In this document: piece by piece, positions 18,341-25,167 of the stretch
Position numbering within the stretch: the stretch's first letter is position 1
How the letters are laid out: each line of letters starts with the position of its first letter
Source of the DNA: an uncultured Acidimicrobiaceae bacterium
Lineage (GTDB): Bacteria; Actinomycetota; Acidimicrobiia; Acidimicrobiales; RAAP-2
Assembly (NCBI GenBank): GCA_963738545.1
Contig: CAVTXA010000004.1
Span: 8,391-72,390 of the forward strand
Reading direction: 5' to 3'
DNA length: 64,000 nucleotides
Notes under the pieces: generated by a model
Database searches by the model: none
Told to the model about the DNA's origin: nothing
Seen by the model: the letters and a program-made list of their open reading frames with translations, nothing else
Position numbers and translations under genes: made by a program

Positions 18341-19836
18341 CAGGAGGCCGCCGACAGCATCTCGTCGTCAGACTCGGTGGGCAGCGCCACGAGGTCCGTC
18401 CGGTCCCGCACACCGGCGCTCCGGTCGACCACCGTCCGGTAGACGTCGCCGTACTCGGCCAGATTCTGCTCCAAGGTGAACTTGGACAGCACGCGGGCCC
18501 GGGCCGCCTCGGCGATCCACCGACGGAACCCGTCGCTGGTGAGCAGGCTGAGACAGGCCTCGGCCGTGTGCCTCGGGCTCTGGGGTGGCACGATCAGGCC
18601 GGCGTCCCCGGTGGCCTCGGCCACCCCGCCCACGTCGGTGGCGACCGTAGCCATACCGGATGCCATCGCCTCGATGAGGCTGTAGGGAAAGCCCTCCGAG
18701 ATGCTGGTCAGGATAACCACGTGCCCGGTGTGGTACGCCTCGACGACCGAGTCGGTCTGACCCTCGAAGGTGGCGCACTCCTCCAGGCCGAGGCGCGCAC
18801 GCAGGGCCAGGCACCGGTCGAAGTAGGCCGCGTTCTCCTCGGACACCCCGCCGTACATGCGGAGCCGGGCCGCCGGCAGGGCCTCGTGCACGAGCGCGAA
18901 GGACTCGATCAGCGTCTCGACGTCCTTCAGGGGACCGATGCGCCCCATCCAGACCAGGGTGGGCTCCTCGGGCTCGGTGGCGCTGACGGTGAAGTGGTCG
19001 GTGTCGACCCCGTTGTAGATGGTCTGGATGCGGCCGGGGTCGGCGCCGTTGGCCTCCTGCCACCGACGGTTGTAGTCACACACGGGTGCGATCGAGCCGG
19101 CGATCTGGTAGCCGGCCCAGGCCAGGTGCTTGTAGAAGCGGAGCATGAGCGAGCGGACGGCGAACGAGAACCGGTCGGGGGCGTAGGAGAAGTAGCGCTC
19201 CCGGAGGTAGATGCCGTGCTCACTCAGTACCAGCGGTGTCTCGTCGATCCAGTGGGAGCCGAGGGCCATGAGAATGGACAACCCGTTGGCCGAGGCATGG
19301 CACAGGTCGGCCCGGGGTGCAGGGGCATAGAGCGGGCGGAGGAGATGGTCGAGGTGGTCGAGGACCTGGCTGGCATCGTGCACGGTCACCGGTCCCACGT
19401 CGGCGGCGAACTCCCGGTCACCCGGCGTGGCGTCCTGCATGGCGCCCAGCAGCACCTCGATCGACTCCCGGGTGCGCAGGGCGCCGGCCATGGGTACCTC
19501 CTGCGCCAGCTGGTGGAGCTGGTGGAGCGCGTCGAGAAACTGCGCCTCGCCATCGACCCGGGCCAAGGACTGGGCCAGGCCGTGGAAGGCCGACCGGAGC
19601 TCGACCGAGTGGTGGAGCGGATGCCTCGACTCGGGACCGGCACCCCAGAGGGGAACGGTGTGCACGGCGACCACATTGTCGGGGATGTCCCAGATCACGT
19701 CGTTGTCATCCCCGGCGGTGATGGCATGGACCGTGAAGCGGTGCGCGTCGAGTCCCCGGATCAACTGGTCGCACCACACGCTGACCCCTCCAGCCTTGTG
19801 CGGGTAGGTGGCCTCGGTGAGCAGTGCTACGTCCAC
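18340..19836 (-). CDS. PelF-like GT4 glycosyltransferase with a DUF3492-type N-terminal domain
   Basis: 'DVALLTEATYPHKAGGVSVWCDQLIRGL' and 'SEHGIYLRERY' resemble the PelF N-domain. 'SISEGFPYSLIEAMASG' is the GT4 E-x7-E region. Confidence 0.8.
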   Translation of the reverse strand: MDVALLTEATYPHKAGGVSVWCDQLIRGLDAHRFTVHAITAGDDNDVIWDIPDNVVAVHTVPLWGAGPESRHPLHHSVELRSAFHGLAQSLARVDGEAQFLDALHQLHQLAQEVPMAGALRTRESIEVLLGAMQDATPGDREFAADVGPVTVHDASQVLDHLDHLLRPLYAPAPRADLCHASANGLSILMALGSHWIDETPLVLSEHGIYLRERYFSYAPDRFSFAVRSLMLRFYKHLAWAGYQIAGSIAPVCDYNRRWQEANGADPGRIQTIYNGVDTDHFTVSATEPEEPTLVWMGRIGPLKDVETLIESFALVHEALPAARLRMYGGVSEENAAYFDRCLALRARLGLEECATFEGQTDSVVEAYHTGHVVILTSISEGFPYSLIEAMASGMATVATDVGGVAEATGDAGLIVPPQSPRHTAEACLSLLTSDGFRRWIAEAARARVLSKFTLEQNLAEYGDVYRTVVDRSAGVRDRTDLVALPTESDDEMLSAAS

Positions 19837-20233
19837 GGTCCACCACCGACTCGGCCGTAGTCCTTCGTCTGGGGTGTCCAGGTATGTCCGGTGACGCGTG
19901 GGTTCGCTTTCATCGTTGGCTACGACAGTACGGATGCAGCTGCCTGCTGCCTACCCCCGACTTTCCGCTCCGCCGGTCGGTCGTCGGCCGTACCTGATCG
20001 ACCCCGACCCCTGCGTCGGGGCACGCGACCCTGGCCCTAGCGGGTCGCCACCCTCGGGCTAGCCGACGGCACCAGGGGACGACGGGGAGCCGTGCCTCTC
20101 AGCCGGTCCCAATGTTGTGGTCCCGGACCCGGGCGACCTGGGTGGCGCGGCGCGATGAGTGGCTCACGCGACCCCACCCCATCGACCTCGTCGCGGAGCC
20201 GGTCCCTGCTATCGACGGGGGATCCCCCGCCAA

Positions 20234-20264
20234 AGTGCAGGGTCTCCCCGGCACAGTGCAGGGT
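20234..20264 (+). promoter_or_regulatory. two exact 10-bp direct repeats (AGTGCAGGGT) spaced 21 bp start to start, 70-100 bp upstream of the large secreted-protein gene
   Basis: Read directly at 20234-20243 and 20255-20264, inside the 495-bp divergent intergenic region. Confidence 0.35.
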
Positions 20265-20331
20265 AGAGATCCACCCACTCGGGGCTTACCGTTCGAAGAG
20301 GCTTTGCGGGCAGAGGGCACGCGGCCAAAGG

Positions 20332-23300
20332 ATGAGCGATTCCATGACCCGAGTGCGCCAGCCCATTGTGAAGGTCATCACCACAGCGGTGATGGCCAGT
20401 CTGCTTCTCGCCACGCTGTTGTCGGTCGGGGCCCGCCCCGCGGCGGCGGCGTCACCGCCCCAGCTCGATCTGCGGGTCCTCCTCATCGGAGACACGGCCA
20501 CCCAGGGCACCACCACGGCGGCATGGGAGTCCTCCCTCAGCAGCGACGGGGTCGCCTACACCTTGGTGACCGCCTCGGGCTCCTACAGTGCCGAGACGGT
20601 CACACTGCCGTCCCTCACCTCGGGATCGACCGGCAACTTCAACGGCGTGGTCATTGCCGACGCCCCCGCCGGGTTCGCCCCCGGCCAGCTCAACGCCCTC
20701 TCCACCTATGAATCCCAGTTCGGCGTCCGTCAGATCGACGGTTCGGCCTATCCGTCGCCGGCCCTCGGGCAGACCGCCGTGTCCGGCGCCAGCCAGACCC
20801 TCGACAACACCACCGCCTCCCTGACCGCCGCCGGCCTGGCCGGCCTGCCCGGTCTGAAGGGCATCGTCCCCTTCGCCGCCGGTACCTTCGGCACCCCGGC
20901 CACGGCTGACGCCGGTGCACCCTTCACCCCGTGGATGGAGAACGCCGCCGGCCAGTCCCTCGGCGGGGTCTACCAGCATCCGAGCACCGCCTCCGACCTG
21001 CAGGCCGGGGTGTCCGAGCTCAGCCTCAACTTCAACTACAACGCCAACCAGATCCAGTGGCTGCTGCTGGCCCCCGGGCTCATCGACTGGGTGACCCAGG
21101 ACACCCACCTCGGGCTGTCGCGCAACTACTTCGGCCAGGACGTCGACGACGTGTTCATCGCCGACAACGAGTGGAGCTCCCAGTTCCAGTGCACCCCCGG
21201 GGCCCAGGACCCACCCGACTACACCTGCCCGGCCGGCGTGGACAACAACCCGGCCGACACGCCCCCCGACGTCCAGATGAACGCCGCTGATGTGGCCTAC
21301 GTCACCAACTGGGAGGCCCAGACCGGCATCAAGTTGAATCTGGCCTTCAACGCCGTCGGGGCGTGCACCGGGACCACCGCGTCCTCAGCCGTGTGTAACG
21401 GCTCCACCACCGAGAGCGGGGCGGGCGAGAACGGCAAGACCTACACCGACCCCGGCTATGTGATCGATGCCACCATGCCCAACGATGCCGCCTTCGTGGA
21501 CGCCCTGCTCGGGGCGAAGTCCGACTTCAACTGGGTGACCCACACCTGGAGCCATCAGTTCCTGGGGTGCAACGTCTGGCAGCCCCAGGCCCTCACCAGT
21601 GTGACGGCCAACGCTTCCGGCGGCTCCTTCACCGCCGGCTCCTACAGCTACGAGATCACCGCCGCCACCGCCTACGGTGAGTCCGAGCCGTCACTGCCCA
21701 AGACCGCAGTCGTGGCCTCCAACGGCTCGGTCACCTTGGCCTGGCCCGACGCCACCAACGGGGTGGGCACCGACGGGACCCCGGGCCCGACTCTGGCTCA
21801 ACTGGAAGCCGACCACGATGCCGGAACCGGCACCGGCTTCTGGGGCTACAACATCTACCGCGAGGACCCCGGCACCACCGCCTACGGCCTCGTCGGCCAG
21901 GTGGCCGAGAACGGGGCCACCCCCACCTACAGCTTCACCGACACAGGCGCCACCGCCCCCGGGGACGCCCCCGGATCGTCGGACTCCTTCCCCACGGCCA
22001 CCGACCCCGGCATCGACTGCTCGAGTGCGCCGGGCAGCTGGGAGCCGGCGGTCGACCCGGCGGGCAGCTCCGACGTCTCGATCGGCACGGAGATCGGCCT
22101 GGACCAGGCCTTCGCCGCCGCCAACGCACTGCCCAACTACACCCCGGCCGCGGTCGTGACCGGCGAGCACTCCGGCCTCGAGAACCCCAACATCACCTCC
22201 GCCTTCGCCGGCGTCGGCATCACGACCTTCGCCGCCGACGGCTCCCGCCAGTCGGCCCCGTACTCCCTGGGGGCAGCCCACTCGGCACCCCGCTACCCGA
22301 CCAACATCTACTACAACGCCGCCAACTGGACCGACGAGCTGAACGAGTACAACACCCTCTACGCCTCGACCACCACGCCGATCGGCAACGGCGAGTACGG
22401 CCACTGTGCCAGCACCTCGTCGACCACGTGCCTCAGCGCACCGGCCACCGAGGCGTCGTTGATCGCTTCGGAGACCGGCATCATGATGAGCCACATCCTG
22501 GCCAACAACCCACGGGTCGACTACGCCCACCAGTCCAATCTGATCGGGTCCGCCGACCCCGCCAACGGGTACACCCTGCTGACCACGCTGAGCGCCATGC
22601 AGTCGCTCTACAACTCGTACGAGAGTGCCAGCGCACCCCTGGCCCCGACGACGGACGTCACCGAGGCCCAGACGCTGGCCCAGCAGTCGGCATGGGCCAC
22701 AGCCGACGCCGCCAACACGGTGACGGCCACCCTCAACGAGGCCACCGGGGCGGTCACCGTGACCAACTCGGGTGGCGCTCCCGTCGACGTGCCGCTCACC
22801 ACCCCGCAGGGCACCACGCTCAGCGGCGGTGGCGCCTACGGCGAGTCCTACGCCGGCCAACTGTCGACCTGGACGTCTGTCGCCCCAGGCACACCGCTGG
22901 TGGTGAACGAGCACGTGGCACCGACCATCATCAGTGCCGCCTCGGCCACCGCCATCGCCGGAACACCGTTCACCACCACGATCACCACCACCGGTGAGCC
23001 GTCCACGGCCATCACCGAGACCGGTGCACTGCCGGCCGGGATCACCCTCACCGACAACGGCGACGGGACGGCCACCCTGGCCGGCACGCCCGGAGCCGCC
23101 ACCGGCGGGAGCTATCCGATCACCATCACGGCCACCAACCCGTCGGGGACGGCCACCCAGGCCTTCACCCTGACCGACGTCCAGGCACCGGCTGTGACCA
23201 GTGCCCCGACCGCCACCTTCTACACGGGGGTCAACGGCACGTACACGGTGACCACCACCGGGTACCCGATGGCCACGGTCACCGAGACAGGTGCCCTTCC

Positions 23301-24789
23301 GGCCGGGATCACCTTCACCGACAACGGCAACGGCACGGCCACCATCGCCGGCGTCACCACCGCCGCCGCCGGGACCTTCCCCGTGTCCGTCTCCGCCACC
23401 AACAGCACCGGGAGCGTGGCCACACTGCCCCTGACGCTGACCGTGGCCACGTCGGGTCCCCCGACCGTCACCAGCGGTGCGACGGCGTTCTTCACCCTCA
23501 ACCAGGCCGGTGCCTTCGCTGTCACCACGAACGGAGCCCCCATCGCCGCCATCACCGAGGTCGGCTCCCTTCCCGCCGGGCTCACCATGGTCGACGAGGG
23601 CAACGGGGAGGCACTCATCTCGGGCACCCCGACCGCCACCGGCACGGCCAGCCTGGCCGTCACGGCGGCCAACGGTCAGACTCCGAATGCCACCCAGACC
23701 CTCGCCATCATCGTGGGGAGCGCGCCGGCGGTGACCAGTCCCACCGCGACCACCTTCGTGGCCGGGGCCCCGGGCACCTTCACCGTCGCCACCTCGGGCT
23801 ACCCCGCACCCTCGCTGGGTGAGACCGGGACCCTGCCGGCCGGGATCACCTGGACCGACAACGGCAACGGGACGGCCACGCTGGCCGGCTCGCCGGATGC
23901 GGTGACCACACCGACGGACTTCCCGGTCACCATCCAGGCCACCGACGGAACGGGCTCGGTCGTCCAGTCGTTCACACTGACGGTGGCACCGGCCCCGGCC
24001 AGTGGCGGCACCATCCCCCCCGTGGGCACGCCGCCTTCGGTCGCCACACCCACCCCTGCGCCCACCTCGGCGCTGGCCGGTGGGGACCGGTTGGCCGCCA
24101 CTCCCGACGGCCTGGGCTACTGGGTCGTGGGGACCAACGGTTCGGTCACCCCGTACGGATCGGCCACCAACTACGGCTCGATGGCCGGGCACGTCCTCAA
24201 CCAGCCCATCGTCGGCGTGGCCGCCACACCCGACGGCCGGGGCTACTGGCTGGTGGCCACCGACGGCGGGATCTTCAGCTTCGGTGACGCCCAGTTCTAC
24301 GGGTCCACCGGGAATCTCAAGCTGAACAAGCCCATCGTGGGCATCACCGGCACCCCGGACGGCAAGGGGTACTGGATGGTGGCCTCCGACGGAGGCGTGT
24401 TCAGCTTCGGTGACGCCCAGTTCTACGGCTCCACCGGGAACATCAAGCTGAACAAGCCCATCGTGGGCATGGCCTCCGACCCGGATGGGAAGGGGTACTG
24501 GCTGGTGGCCTCCGACGGTGGGATCTTCACCTTCGGTGACGCCCAGTTCTACGGCTCCACGGGCAACATCAAGCTCAACAAGCCGGTCATGGGCATGGCC
24601 GCCGACCGCACCGGTCACGGCTACTGGCTGGTGGCCTCCGACGGTGGGATCTTCACCTTCGGCGACGCCCAGTTCCACGGGTCGGGCGGGAGTGCCGGGC
24701 GCACCGCGGTGGGACTCATCGCCTCCCCCACCAGCCCGGGTTACGCCCTCATCGACCTCGACGGCACCCGGACCAACTTCGGGTGGTGA
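20332..24789 (+). CDS. secreted multidomain protein: Agd3/CE4-like polysaccharide deacetylase-type domain with an FN3-like insert, 4 Ig-like repeats, a Pro/Thr linker and a C-terminal 42-aa repeat array
   Basis: Signal peptide 'VITTAVMASLLLATLLSVGARPAAAA'. 'GQDVDDVF' and 'THTWSH' (DD and HxxxH) lie about 131 aa apart. FN3-like 'SYSYEITAATAYGESEPS..TLAW..YNIYRE'. Repeats 'LPAGIT.TDNG.GTATLAG'. Repeats 'GYWLVASDGGIF.FGDAQFYGSTGNIKLNKPIVGMA'. Start chosen at the ATG at 20332 (alternative 20344) after AAAGGA. Confidence 0.85.
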   Translation: MSDSMTRVRQPIVKVITTAVMASLLLATLLSVGARPAAAASPPQLDLRVLLIGDTATQGTTTAAWESSLSSDGVAYTLVTASGSYSAETVTLPSLTSGSTGNFNGVVIADAPAGFAPGQLNALSTYESQFGVRQIDGSAYPSPALGQTAVSGASQTLDNTTASLTAAGLAGLPGLKGIVPFAAGTFGTPATADAGAPFTPWMENAAGQSLGGVYQHPSTASDLQAGVSELSLNFNYNANQIQWLLLAPGLIDWVTQDTHLGLSRNYFGQDVDDVFIADNEWSSQFQCTPGAQDPPDYTCPAGVDNNPADTPPDVQMNAADVAYVTNWEAQTGIKLNLAFNAVGACTGTTASSAVCNGSTTESGAGENGKTYTDPGYVIDATMPNDAAFVDALLGAKSDFNWVTHTWSHQFLGCNVWQPQALTSVTANASGGSFTAGSYSYEITAATAYGESEPSLPKTAVVASNGSVTLAWPDATNGVGTDGTPGPTLAQLEADHDAGTGTGFWGYNIYREDPGTTAYGLVGQVAENGATPTYSFTDTGATAPGDAPGSSDSFPTATDPGIDCSSAPGSWEPAVDPAGSSDVSIGTEIGLDQAFAAANALPNYTPAAVVTGEHSGLENPNITSAFAGVGITTFAADGSRQSAPYSLGAAHSAPRYPTNIYYNAANWTDELNEYNTLYASTTTPIGNGEYGHCASTSSTTCLSAPATEASLIASETGIMMSHILANNPRVDYAHQSNLIGSADPANGYTLLTTLSAMQSLYNSYESASAPLAPTTDVTEAQTLAQQSAWATADAANTVTATLNEATGAVTVTNSGGAPVDVPLTTPQGTTLSGGGAYGESYAGQLSTWTSVAPGTPLVVNEHVAPTIISAASATAIAGTPFTTTITTTGEPSTAITETGALPAGITLTDNGDGTATLAGTPGAATGGSYPITITATNPSGTATQAFTLTDVQAPAVTSAPTATFYTGVNGTYTVTTTGYPMATVTETGALPAGITFTDNGNGTATIAGVTTAAAGTFPVSVSATNSTGSVATLPLTLTVATSGPPTVTSGATAFFTLNQAGAFAVTTNGAPIAAITEVGSLPAGLTMVDEGNGEALISGTPTATGTASLAVTAANGQTPNATQTLAIIVGSAPAVTSPTATTFVAGAPGTFTVATSGYPAPSLGETGTLPAGITWTDNGNGTATLAGSPDAVTTPTDFPVTIQATDGTGSVVQSFTLTVAPAPASGGTIPPVGTPPSVATPTPAPTSALAGGDRLAATPDGLGYWVVGTNGSVTPYGSATNYGSMAGHVLNQPIVGVAATPDGRGYWLVATDGGIFSFGDAQFYGSTGNLKLNKPIVGITGTPDGKGYWMVASDGGVFSFGDAQFYGSTGNIKLNKPIVGMASDPDGKGYWLVASDGGIFTFGDAQFYGSTGNIKLNKPVMGMAADRTGHGYWLVASDGGIFTFGDAQFHGSGGSAGRTAVGLIASPTSPGYALIDLDGTRTNFGW
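22918..23991 (+). repeat. four tandem coding repeats of about 89 aa (bacterial Ig-like / 'putative Ig' type)
   Basis: Each unit contains 'TSA/GP..F..G....FTV.TTG.P...I.ETG.LPAGIT.TDNGNGTATLAG.P....G.....I.ATN..G...Q.FTLTV'. Confidence 0.75.
24223..24726 (+). repeat. four near-identical 126-nt (42-aa) tandem coding repeats, within a longer 5-6 unit array (24082-24786)
   Basis: Successive units align by eye with few mismatches. An example unit is gg(c/g)aaggggtactgg(a/c)tggtggcctccgacgg...ttcggtgacgcccagttctacggctccac. Confidence 0.85.
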
Positions 24790-24825
24790 CGGTCAACAAC
24801 TTCGGGTGGTAGGGATACGGAGCGA

Positions 24826-24848
24826 CTGGACCCCGGGGGGCGGTCCAG
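24826..24848 (+). terminator. GC-rich hairpin (7-bp stem CTGGACC/GGTCCAG) 37 nt after the stop of the large gene; no U-tract
   Basis: Read directly. Terminators without a U-tract are common in actinobacteria, but this one is weak. Confidence 0.3.
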
Positions 24849-25001
24849 ACGCTCCGGCCACCCGGACAAGTGGCCCCCGGTTCGGCGCTCACAGCCCGAA
24901 TCGGGGGCCACTCCCGCGTTTGGGAACCGGTGTCCGCCGGGCAGGTCGGCACGATCCGTCACCGGTACCCTGGTGGGAGGGGGAGCCGGAGAGGAGGCGC
25001 C

Positions 25002-25163
25002 ATGGAGCCAGGAGCCCGGGCCGACAACGGTGACGGGACCACCCCGTCGGAGGACGACCGGATCGACGAGATGGTGGAGGAGTCGTTTCCGGCCAGTGAT
25101 CCCCCGACCGGCTGGGCCGGCGAGGATCCGAGGGACCGCCCCGATCCTCCACTCGTGGATTAG
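25002..25163 (+). CDS. 53-aa acidic protein carrying the conserved 'EESFPASDPP' motif (unknown function)
   Basis: The ATG is preceded by GGAGAGGAGG. I recall the motif 'DEMVEESFPASDPPTGW' from a widespread family of small hypothetical proteins. Confidence 0.45.
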   Translation: MEPGARADNGDGTTPSEDDRIDEMVEESFPASDPPTGWAGEDPRDRPDPPLVD

Positions 25164-25167
25164 TGGA

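Noticed and set aside
21691-24678. A 995-aa ORF on the minus strand, the second longest in the track.
   Set aside because: It is entirely antisense to the repeat-rich secreted-protein gene. Its composition is Gly/Arg/Asp-rich with no motifs, as expected for stop-poor antisense frames at about 70% GC.
24082-24786. A regularly spaced repeat array that might be a CRISPR.
   Set aside because: The repeats are contiguous 126-nt units with no unique spacers. They lie in frame inside a long ORF and encode a conserved 42-aa protein repeat.
12632-24789. c-di-GMP control (a PelD-like receptor or a GEMM riboswitch) and outer-membrane export parts (PelB/C) within the EPS locus.
   Set aside because: I could find no GGDEF/EAL/PilZ/PelD-like ORF and no GEMM-like leader in the 495-bp promoter region. 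The absence itself is noted in the main finding.
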